DNA of 64,000 nt, taken from contig OZ024743.1 of the NCBI GenBank assembly GCA_964016885.1, forward strand, positions 285,882,001-285,946,000. The letters run 5' to 3'. How positions within the stretch are numbered: position 1 is the stretch's first letter; the number at the start of each line of letters is the position of its first letter. This document shows positions 53,791 through 64,000 of the stretch, piece after piece. Below the pieces are notes generated by a model, which was not told the origin of the DNA, did no database searches, and worked only from the letters and a program-made list of their open reading frames with translations. Made by a program: the position numbers and the translations under genes. The DNA is from Eledone cirrhosa. Its lineage: Eukaryota.

Positions 53791-56700
53791 GATGATAGGA
53801 CTGGGGTCCCTATCATTCCACTGCGAAGTGGACGTGTAGGCGCCACGGAAAAAATGCACCCAGCACTCACTGTAAAATGAGGGTGGTGTTAGGAAGGGCA
53901 TCCAGCTGTAGAAATCAAGCCAAAATCAGTTCCTGTATGAGCAAGACAAGGTCGGCCGACTGGACACTGCTCACAACAGGGCAACCCGTCTAACCCATGC
54001 TAGCGTGGAAGAACGGACGTAAAACGGTAAAATGCGTGGGTATGAACATGTGATGCATATGAAGGTTGATAGCTGCATAAAAAGGTGCAGGGTGCTTAAA
54101 GTTGATGGAAGATATGGAGTTAGGATGAGGTGATAAAAGTTGACCTTGAACAATTGCACCTATCAAAGGCGATGACACTGGATCGAGATCTCTGGTGTTA
54201 TGCAGTAATGCAGAAGGGCTCGCTTTCCCATGTGCACAAGTTGAAACATACATCTGGTATGCACCATCCTCCCCCACCTCCCACGTCCTAACACCCAACC
54301 CTTCACCAGATTAGTCCGCCACTCCACCATCTACCTCTCCTAACCCCCATGCACCTCCTCCACCCCAGCCCTCACTGTAAAGTTGTCTTTTTGGTGCCAT
54401 GATAAAAAGCACTCAGTCCACACTGTAAAGTGGTCATGTAGGGGACACGACAAAAAGCAATCATTCCACACTGTAAAGTGGTTGTTTAAATGTCACGACA
54501 AAAAGCAGCCAGTACACACTGTAAATGAGGTTGGTGTTAAGAAAGGCATCCAGCCGTAAAAACCCGGCTAAAATCAGTTCTGTATGAGCAAGACATGGTC
54601 ATCTGATCTGGCTTGTCTTCAAGGGACAACTTGTCTAACCCAATCTTGTGTGGAAAATAGATGTTAAACAGTGATGATAATGATGATGATGACATTCAGC
54701 CCATGGGATTTGAGCCATTTGTAGGGAGCTGGGCTGCTGACAAAGAAATATTTGTCATCTCTGGCAGCTTGTTTTACTGATGTATCATATGATACTCTGG
54801 CTGTTCCAGTGTCTCAGCATCCCTATCACCAATATTTTGGTTACCTTAAAACATTTTAGGGGGGAAAAAACAGCATTCTCTGTTAGAATGTGTAATTAAA
54901 AGAGTGCACCCCATTTTTCCCTCTTGTCTCATTTTTAGTTATAATTCATTTCATTTTTTATTGTATGTGTATGTATAAACACCTGCCAATCAGGTGATAG
55001 AACTATGTATAGTCTTTTAAATTTAGTGTTCTATTGTTTTAAGTAGACAAGATATACCACTGAATTTCTGCATTTTCCAGAAGCCTCCTCTAATCACGCA
55101 TCCATACAAAATCAGTAGAAGTTAGCCAGAACTAGTTTTTCTGTCATTAAAATTACCACTGTACTAAGACATTGTGACCAACTATTTCAGCAGTATTGCC
55201 ATACGTAATCAAGTAATGACTAGAATGAAAATGAACGCAATAAGGTAATAAAATGAAAATGAATGGTATCCGATTGATTTGTATTTATAAATTCCAAATG
55301 ATTTATTTATAAAAAGAAAGAAAATAGAACATTTATGGGGTATCAATTGCCTTTCTACATATCTGCAGGAGTTTGGTTTATCTAATATATATTTGTGAAA
55401 GTTGGTTTGTGTGGATGTCCTGTTTTTCTTTTATGTAACACTCTTTTGTTCTTCCTCATGTGTTTTATCTCTCTTCTCACTATTCATTTACTCTCTCTAT
55501 TGTTATCTCTCAATACTTTGGAATACTTTTTAAACAATTTGTCGTATATCAAAAGTTATTTCATTAAATAGAAGGAAAAAAAGATATATGCATGTACATA
55601 CATACATACGTATGTAAAGATGTATTAGTGATGCTGTTGATTTTATTTGGTGGTAAGGGAAAGGGGCATGCGGTCAGCTAGCGCAGAAATGTGCACTAGA
55701 GGCAGGTGCATGCCTGTCAGTGACTTTGTCAATTGGACGAGTAGCTTTTTTCTGGATGAAATCTAGTATGTATGTGTGGCAACAGCACCATTCCAAATGT
55801 TAGAGCACTATATTGTGGGGTTTTACCTAAACATTGTAGAGAGGCTGAAGTTGTTGAAAGCTGATATAATTTCTGAATGGGAAGTACCAATCTGCTAGAA
55901 TCAGTTCTAGCTATATGTAGGATATACATTCGCCATGAAAGACACTCCAGTGGAAGTGAGGACTAGCATTAGAGTAAACACAAGGGTTCTTCTAATTGTG
56001 TGTTGTACATGTCTAAGGGTGGTGAGGTAAGATACACATACAACTAACAAAGCAAATGAACAATTATCATCACTGTTTTACGTCCATTCTTCCACGCTAG
56101 CATGGGTTAGACGAGTTGTCCTGCTGTGAGCAATGTTAAGTCTGGTGACCTTGTCCTCATACGGGAACTGATTCTGGCTTGATTTCTACAGCTGGATGCC
56201 CTTCCTAACACCAACATCACTTACAGTGAGTGCTGAGTGTTTTTTTTTCCGTGGTGCCTACATGACCACTTTACAGGGTGGGCTGGGTGCTTTTTTGTCA
56301 CGACACCTCCACGACCACTTTGCAGTGGGAAGGGATAGAGGCATATTATCTATATGCTTCAGCTTTGGCTTGTTCCCGTGGGAAGTCGGGTCTTCTGTGT
56401 TACTGCATGGTGCCAGAGGTCACAGTCCTGTGTCATCGCCGTTGAGAGGTGCAATTGGGCAAAGTCCGCTTTTATCGGCTCATCCCAGGTATTTTCGGTA
56501 CCCCCACTCCATGGCTTCCATCAACTTTTAGTGCTCTGCACTTTTTTATGCGGTTGTCATTCTTCATACGCAATAATAAAAAATAAATCAGATCTTTCAC
56601 GATTTGGTTTGCCATTCGACTGGTTTGTGGTCAGTTAGTCTTAAAGAGTTTCGGCGACCATGTTGATGCTAGGACGTATTTCAGTTTATTACTAATTATC

Positions 56701-57094
56701 GATCTGTTGGCCGAACTACTATGTTGCAAGACAAAAGCAAGAACACATACACACTGAATATGAATAGATTCAAATAGTATATTGTGCGGAATTGCAGTTA
56801 TTATGTCCACTAACTGTGTCATTTTTTCCTGGGCAACGTTGGGTACTACTGCTAGTTAGCAAAATAATATTTAAAATTGTTTGATAATGATTAAAGACAA
56901 TTTTTGTAATCAATTTAAATGAATGTAAAATAATTAAGTTGGATAGTAATGGGATCGGTCTGTTGATTAGAGCGACACCAATAAAATCCCCGCAGAAAAG
57001 TGGAAAATAGATTATTTGATGTCCCATGTGTGTGGCTAATAACTAACAAAAATCAAAAAGCTGTTCTGTGCGATCAGGTCTGACAATCCCCGAT

Positions 57095-57390
57095 TATGTA
57101 CGGACACGCGATTGGCGGATAATGGCGAAATTTTGAACTACGTCGCCTCTACTCAAAACAAAAGATCAAATACAGTATATATAAAGTTGGACATACACAA
57201 TTTATTTTCTGCTAGGGCAAGTCAAAATAACTGCGATTGTTTTTCAGTAATGCACTGGGTAATTGCTGGCCTTGTGCCTAAAGTAGAAACAATTATTTTT
57301 TTCTTTTGCTTAGCGCTGGTTATGACATCAAAGATCATAGGATACGGGAAACCACGTGTCTGTACGGAAATCGGAAATTTTCCGGAAAAT
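57095..57390 (+). promoter_or_regulatory. Promoter-like CpG patch upstream of FLYWCH cassette 3
   Basis: ATTGG (57111), AATGGCG YY1-like (57121), GAACTAC (57135), three CGGAAA/CCGGAA ETS-like sites (57365-57388). Confidence 0.5.
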
Positions 57391-57643
57391 AATTAAAATT
57401 GTAATCGTTTTATTAAATTTTTAATAATAGTGTAGTTGTCTTAATTTTCCTAATAAGAATCTGAACAGTTGTCTTCTGAGAAATAATCATCTGCGGAAAT
57501 TTCACTGATCAACAATTCATCGATTAGCAAATTTATCTACAAGCATTTGATCAACATATTCACCGAATATATGCACAAAACAATTTTAAAAGCCTATGTT
57601 CAAGCCGATTTTTTTTTGATTTTTTTTTATAAGCCTTTAAAAT

Positions 57644-57854
57644 ATGGTTCTTCAGTTTTTTGAATCAGAAAAGGGAAAGAAAAAACTGTTTGTTGGCAAC
57701 CACTTCTTTTTTAAAGAAAAACAACTCAAATGGACAGTACATTGGAAATGTGAGAAATACCAAAAAACTAAATGTCGTGCACGAGTGAGTACAGTCGGTG
57801 ACACTATAGTCAGTCAATCAAATGAACACAATCATGCTGCCGATGTAGAAGTTT
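57644..57854 (+). CDS. FLYWCH zinc-finger exon (cassette 3)
   Basis: SEKGKKKLFVGNHFF..WKCEKYQKTKCRARV..EHNH; phase-1 donor T|GTGAGT (GT at 57855) immediately after the domain. Confidence 0.88.
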
Positions 57855-59353
57855 GTGAGTAATAAAAAACCTTTACTGAAATCTTATTAATTTGCTAATC
57901 GGTGAATTGTTGTCGGGCAATTCTTGAAACCAGCACATAATGTATTTATTCTTCCTTTTTGAAGACAGCCAAATTTCAAATGACACGCTACTGCTATTTC
58001 TAGCAGCTCGATTGACCATGTAGTAGAGGTTGGCTCGTGTTGGATTTTTGGTAAAGGACGAAAGTATTTGAAAATGAATATTCTCGTAATAATCTTTATT
58101 GCATTGCATAAAAGTCTTAACGTCTCTTTAAGTTTGATGCTGAGTTACGTCCCTTTATGCACAAAACTTGAAACTTTGGACGGTCGCATCCCAAAACTAC
58201 CTCAAGCGAAACATTGTATAAGAAATCCTTCCACGTTCGCCAAACCACTATCTTCTACTGTACCATATTTTTCTTTTGATTCCATTTTAATAATTAATTT
58301 TATTATGTAAACACGGCGTTAGATTAATGGCATAAATGAGACTGCGTGTGCTTAATGGTGTTTAATACTTATAGACGAAGTGTCAAAACCGGTGTGAACT
58401 TATGTAATTTCAAGCCGAAATTTGCAATTTCTCATTTTCATTGAAATGTGTCGAAATTAGATACTTTATTCAGAATTGTTTCAAGGTGTATAAAATAACT
58501 TTAAATCTTTATATCCACGGTTTCCTTCACCATACTTTCAGGAATCGAAGCTAGTGTTGGCCAAATTATAAGAGGTTCGTATACTGTGATAGGCTTGTCT
58601 AGCAAAAACATTCCACGATCAACAACTGTAAGTGGTTCTATTAATAAATAATTTACTAAGCCTCGCTCAACGTGCTTAGAAATTGCATACAATATCTGAA
58701 AAGTTACGATATGGCTGCATGATCAGGGCCGACCTGGGGCTAAAATACATAACTGTACCTTTGATGGGGGTCCCGTCCCGTTAGCTGTCGTGGTGATCAC
58801 TACATAATATTGATAAATAAATTACTTTTGAAAGTTGTCTCTGAATTTCACCCATGATTCTCTTTTGAAAGAAACTGAACCACTTACGTTTGAGCTTGAA
58901 ATATCGAATGTAGGTGGTGTGTAATGTATAAAATATCTATAGCTTAAGGTTATGCGGGTAAATTATGCCCGTCTTGCATTGGGGAAATGTATTTTGAATG
59001 AATTTAACCAGAGAACTAAAAGGCGAATAATTTCCGAGAGTTTTGGTGGTCAGATTCATTTAACATAAAAAAAATCATGAAAAACAATTCACCGCCAAAG
59101 CGAGAGGGTGTAATAGTAAAAAAATTACCGAAATGCTAATCCAAAGAATCATCTTAAACACCAGGCATAAAATATATATATATTTTTAAACTTGGAGAAA
59201 AATACAAATGATGGTCGAGCTTTCGAAGTTAATGTTTGTGGATCAAAGAAAACTCATGGCGCTTGCGCGAGATTATCGGTTCGTTATCTTGGTGTCACAT
59301 GCGTTGTGACTGTTGTTGTTTTCTATAATTTTACTATTTTATAAAGGTACATC

Positions 59354-59842
59354 ATGGCGCCAACACTTACACGAAGGAAATATGAAGCTGGGTTTAAGTT
59401 GAATGTTATAGCATATGCAAAGAAGCATAATAACTGTGTTGCTGCGCGACTGTATGGTGTAACGGAGAAAGTAGTAAGAGACTGGAGATCAAAAGAAGAA
59501 ATATTAAAGAATATCCCTAAGAGCAAATGTGCAATGAGAAGGGGTAGTGCACACTGGCCGAATTTAGAGAATTATTTAGCAGATATAGTTTGTGAGTATC
59601 TACAAAATGGATATGGTTTATCAAAAAGTAAAATCCGCATTATGGCACTCCAGTGGGCAAAAGAAAATCAAGAGTATTGTAAAGAATTCAAGGCCACCGC
59701 TTCATGGTGTAGTCGATTCATGGAGAGACATAATTTAATATTGAGGCCGAAAACCAAATTAGCGAAAAATTTACCGAGAGAGATTGACACCAAAATTACT
59801 AATTCTCGTTGTATATTACTGCAACGTAAAAAAAGTAATTAA
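59354..59842 (+). CDS. Brinker-type HTH + CENP-B/Tc5 HTH (pogo/POGK-like N-terminus) with no DDE domain (cassette 4)
   Basis: RRKYEAGFKLNVIAYA..AARLYGVTEKVVRDWR; WPNLE..FKATASWCSRFMERHNL. Candidate phase-1 donors C|GTAAAA (59826) and A|GTAATT (59835). Confidence 0.85.
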   Translation: MAPTLTRRKYEAGFKLNVIAYAKKHNNCVAARLYGVTEKVVRDWRSKEEILKNIPKSKCAMRRGSAHWPNLENYLADIVCEYLQNGYGLSKSKIRIMALQWAKENQEYCKEFKATASWCSRFMERHNLILRPKTKLAKNLPREIDTKITNSRCILLQRKKSN

Positions 59843-60119
59843 TTTATTTATATCCCTTTTTCTTTTTCATCTGTAATTTTCATTCTCTGTCTATCGTCTA
59901 GTACAAGACAAAAACATTTTGAGAGACTGTTTGAAGTCGTCTTATATGCCTAGTCGCATTCTAGGCCGATACGGGGTAATTTTGTCGGTGCATTATTACA
60001 TTTGGGATATACTTTGCTTGACACCGTAATTTCAACTGCATAACGCTTATATTAGCGATTGTTACGTGGATGGATGAAAGTTGTATATAGCATTGTTTAT
60101 AATTAAAAAAAATAGTACT

Positions 60120-60275
60120 AACTCTCGAGACAAAATAGAACTACTTTCCGGAACCTATAACGGTAGAAATTTCTTGCGTTCTGGGTCCCCGAACTACCTT
60201 CTTAGAAGTGGTCTATATAAGAATGAACCCCGCGATATGTGCTGGCTCTTTCGGCGAATCTCCCTCGCTATCTGG
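60120..60275 (+). promoter_or_regulatory. Promoter-like CpG patch upstream of FLYWCH cassette 5
   Basis: TCTCGAGA (60123), GAACTACTTTCC (60138, ZNF143/SBS-like), CCGGAA (60148), second GAACTAC (60191). Confidence 0.45.
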
Positions 60276-60984
60276 TAATGCACCTTTGAAATTCTGTCCG
60301 TTGGAAATATAAGGCAACATTGACCTGAGTTTTTATACTGAGAAACAACGTGTCAACCTTTCATTGGTTGATTCCTGCTTTGCTTTTTGACTATGTAAAT
60401 GAATATTGATGGGAGAAACTATAGTGGATTAAAAGTGTTTTGTTCTGCTTTCTAACTCATGGCTGAAAATTCTCCCTGACGGATTGAATCACTTTTAAAA
60501 CTATTTTGTGTTCCTCTACAATATGCTCTTGAGTGATGTTAGTTATTAGAAAGGTGTTTGATAATTTGGTGCCATTTAATGAAATTGTATTTCTATCCTA
60601 GTTTCTTATGAGATAAAAATGTATTAGGATTTCAAATTGTTTGTTACTTAAAAGTTACATGTTGTTTGGTGGTATCAGTGGGACTCCAACACAATGTAAT
60701 TAACATACGGTTATCATTTGGTAGTTGAAGATAGTGTTTTGACTGATTATGGAATTTCGAATAAAACTATTTAATATCCACTACCCATTTCAAGGGGCAA
60801 GTTAAGCATGATAAATAGATAATTGGGTCCGGCAACTAGGTTAGATACATTTGGCACAGCCGATTCGGCGCAAAACCTATCTGACACCGGATGTTTTAGC
60901 GACGTAATTTTGTTTTTATTCTACATAACAAGTAATCTTTACTACTCAACGATAAAGCTCGCCTTAGTTACTTGGGCTTCGTTT

Positions 60985-61441
60985 ATGGATATGATGGCTT
61001 GTAAAGTGTTGACGAAACGCGGTAAAGAAAAATTTGCGCATAAAGGATATCTATACATCTTTGACAAAGAAAGCAAAACTGACAGTAATTTCAAATTTTG
61101 GCGCTGTGAGGAAAAACATCGATGCAAAGCCAGGCTTCATACTGTAGCTGGGATGGTGGTAAAAGAGCTTAACTGCCATTCGCATGAAGCTTCTGTTGCA
61201 AAACTAGCAGTTGCACTTTTCAAAACGAATATAAAAAAGAGAGCAGCAAAAACTCGTGAATCCCCGACTGTAGTTGTTAATGAATGTTTGACAAACATAT
61301 CCCAAGCGAATCTGGCCACCATTCCTGGCATGTCTGCTTTGAAAAAAATAATACGTAGAAAGCGTGATTTAGTAAACAATGCTCCCAACAAGTCAACCGA
61401 TTTACATCCAAATTACTACAATATTACAACTCATCGACCAG
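60985..61441 (+). CDS. FLYWCH zinc finger plus MULE linker region (cassette 5); start at ATG 60985, 60991 or 60994
   Basis: TKRGKEKFAHKGYLYIFDK..FWRCEEKHRCKARLH..CHSH; phase-1 donor CAG|GTGTGG (GT at 61442). Confidence 0.85.
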
Positions 61442-61923
61442 GTGTGGATGAAATATTTTTTATTGTGTGATGTATCAGTATAGTACACACTCCGTTTATT
61501 AATAATATTCGCTGGTATAAAAAAAAAAATCATTTTAATTATTTCATTGTTTTCTCCTGTTGTATGTTTATGATTTTTACATGTGTATATGTGCCCCCTT
61601 CTCTCTCGTATCCGTACGTTTCGCGTGTGACGTGCCAATACCAGATTCTCTCTTGCACGCTACATTTGATTTCTCTTACCACGTCTATTCTTTGTCATTC
61701 AGGTACATGAAAAGCGCACATCCATCAAACCATACTAGTTTCATTTCTTTGCAGGCATCATACAGCCAGCCTTTTGTTCGAGGCGTTTCATTCATTTTAG
61801 CGAAACATGAGCGAACATTAATTTTAAGCGAAATATATACTATCGTACATTTGGCCGTGATTTACGTCAATGGGCACAACCTTGATATTTTTCAAATCAA
61901 TTGGCATACGTAGCTAACCCACC

Positions 61924-62379
61924 ATGGACATTATTGTTTCGATTCGTGGCAAAAACAAAATAGCCTATAATGGTTTCATCTATAGAAAGAATAAAGCTTC
62001 TCAAACTACAATTGCATGGCGTTGTGAAGTGGAGGGTTGCAAAGGACGGTTGAGTACCTCATTTGAATACGAAAAGGATAGAAATTGCACTGAGAAAGGA
62101 ATACACTCGCATGCTCCCAAATCTGCTAAAGCTGGCATGGAAAAAGTTAAAGAAAAAGTCTGCAAACCTGCTGTAACAACGCATGAACCACCCAGAGGTA
62201 TACTCCAAGATGCCATTGCTGGTTTACCAAACAAACTTGCAGCAAAGATAGGATCAGGAGCAAAATTAAAGCGTACCATATCTAGGAGGCGAAGAGCTAT
62301 GAGGAACTACCCTCCACCCTCTCAATCAGCTGCATCCATCGTTATTCCTGAATCCCTGCGGTCTATTTTCACGGGCTAG
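61924..62379 (+). CDS. FLYWCH zinc finger plus MULE linker region (cassette 6)
   Basis: Kozak ACCATGG; SIRGKNKIAYNGFIY..AWRCEVEGCKGRL..IHSH; only a weak non-canonical phase-1 donor G|GCTAGT (62375) before the stop. Confidence 0.85.
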   Translation: MDIIVSIRGKNKIAYNGFIYRKNKASQTTIAWRCEVEGCKGRLSTSFEYEKDRNCTEKGIHSHAPKSAKAGMEKVKEKVCKPAVTTHEPPRGILQDAIAGLPNKLAAKIGSGAKLKRTISRRRRAMRNYPPPSQSAASIVIPESLRSIFTG

Positions 62380-64000
62380 TATATTTTTATTTTTATCGAC
62401 TTCGCTCAAACGACTGGACACGCATTCATAGAGAGAGACCCTTTGTTGTCAACAGAGGCAGTAGCTCCCTCAACTTATCCTATCCTGTTCCTATTCTAGC
62501 TACAATGCTCTCAGATCAACATGCACTGCTAATTAGGTCACCTAGGTAACAGAAGCTATTAACTACTTCTATGGAGCCTTCCTGGGATTAGAAAAAGTAC
62601 ATTTCACCAATGCTCTTACTACCAACCATCCCTGTACATCTGTTACAAAGTCTACTTTTTTTTGTTGGGTGTGCCTTCTATCCCACTACATTTCTTGTGT
62701 GCCCAATAGTTACATTGTGTGCATTATCTAGTTTCTATCCCTATTCCTACTTCCCTGGTGGGATCGTAGTTGTCATTTTTCCTGCATACTAAAACTTTCA
62801 TTTACTTGAAACCCTCTTGATTCTAAATTTTATTTCCATAGCTGTAATTTATTCTCGGTCTCTTCCATAAATTCAGCAGTAAGAACCAGGCGGTTGATAT
62901 AGCTAAGGAGCTATAGTAAATAGAAGCAGGCTGAAGACAACTCTAATGAACACCTACATACACATTGGATTCTTCATTAAACTTATTACTTACTTTCACT
63001 TTGCTGACAGAACCTCTGTATATGGCTTTCACAGCTCTCTAAACCTAGTTATGGACCACCAGATGACAGATAGTGGTACATTGTTTAGAGCAAAAGCTGC
63101 ATATACTGGCTTACACCTAGCTAAGAACTGTGCAAAGCTAAACTACATCTCAATTAATCAATAAATTATCAAATTTAACTTTTTGTTTCCTGCAATACAG
63201 CAAGAAAGGGGTCAGAGATGTCATTTTGAGTAAAGCCCTAGAGCAAAAACTCACAACCTGGGAGATGGGATATCTTCAGCAAGTTGCTGGTTAACCAGAA
63301 AGTCACTTGATAAGAATACCAAATGACCAACTGGCCTCAAGCTTATAACATCTTGCGTATGGGCTTGGAAACTGGAGGAAGGCCACATTGTGACTTAGTC
63401 ATAGGCACAGTACTACAAACCTCACAACTGCATATTTCATTTTCCAGCTACACCTTCCCAGTAGAAGCATTTGGACTAAAAAAATGTTAACTTTGTAATT
63501 AAAACAAAGCTTTACTGATTTTTATGGGGGAGGGGGGTCGTGGGCTGGGGGGGCAGTAAGGTTTGTTTGTCAGGCACAGTGTCACACAATCATTAGATTA
63601 AATAATACCACAGTTGGATGGCATGTATAACAATCTATACAACCAAATTTTTCATGCTTGCATAGTTTTGATGAAACTTTTTAAGGCTTGGTAACCTTGT
63701 TGGCATTTGTGAAACAGCTACATTACAAGACTGTTTATGGGAGGGGCATAAACTTTTTAGCAATTGTCCATTATAAAGATGTACATAGCAACTGACAAAC
63801 ACATACACTCATATATATATATATAATTATGCTGAACTGGTGTCACAACAAAAGCACCCAGTCCACACTAATGTGGTTGGCATTAGGAAGGGCAAACAGC
63901 TGTAGAAACCAAACCAAAATACAGATCTGTATGAGCATGATGTGAATCACTTGATCTGACTTGGCTCACGTGACAACCGGTCTGACCCATGTAGGCATAG

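Noticed and set aside
55081-55118. Private terminal exon for THAP (TTTTCCAG|AAGCC..., adding EASSNHASIQNQ*)
   Set aside because: The acceptor is good, but it adds only 12 low-information codons and has no other support. Kept only as the alternative that would weaken the shared-exon model.
60823-60984. N-terminal extension of the FLYWCH ORF in the ORF track
   Set aside because: It begins at TTG and has no domain features; the FLYWCH domain starts right after the ATGs at 60985-60994
57644-62379. Intact autonomous MULE or pogo transposons
   Set aside because: No DDE catalytic regions follow the DNA-binding domains, and I found no TIRs or TSDs by eye
62900-63500. Candidate shared constant exon (acceptor-like sites at 63010, 63200, 63447)
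   Set aside because: All hit a stop within ~10 codons in phase 1, and the region looks like decayed repeat. No constant exon can be supported inside the window.

Overview
AT-rich animal genomic DNA. The SINE/RTE repertoire and microsatellite load suggest an octopus or other coleoid cephalopod (inference, not proven). (1) 1-20592: the right end of a homogeneous tandem array of ~2.15 kb units, each with one tRNA-Leu(UAG) and one tRNA-Leu(AAG) gene. There are 10 UAG and 9 AAG copies, in two unit subtypes. (2) 20.7-39 kb: Penelope-like palindromes (one with hammerhead ribozyme cores), an orphan tRNA-Leu(AAG) and a decayed tRNA-Leu(UAG), hAT/Tigger/Helitron/RTE/Tx1 debris, and a degenerate telomere-like repeat block. 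(3) 40.7-62.4 kb, the most interesting part: six intact + strand coding cassettes, each encoding only a transposase-type DNA-binding domain (CG-1-like, THAP, FLYWCH, Brinker+CENP-B HTH, FLYWCH, FLYWCH). Each has its own ATG and, mostly, a CpG-rich promoter-like patch, and each ends at a candidate phase-1 splice donor (four convincing, two weak). This looks like an array of interchangeable alternative first exons feeding a shared downstream constant region that is not visible in the window.
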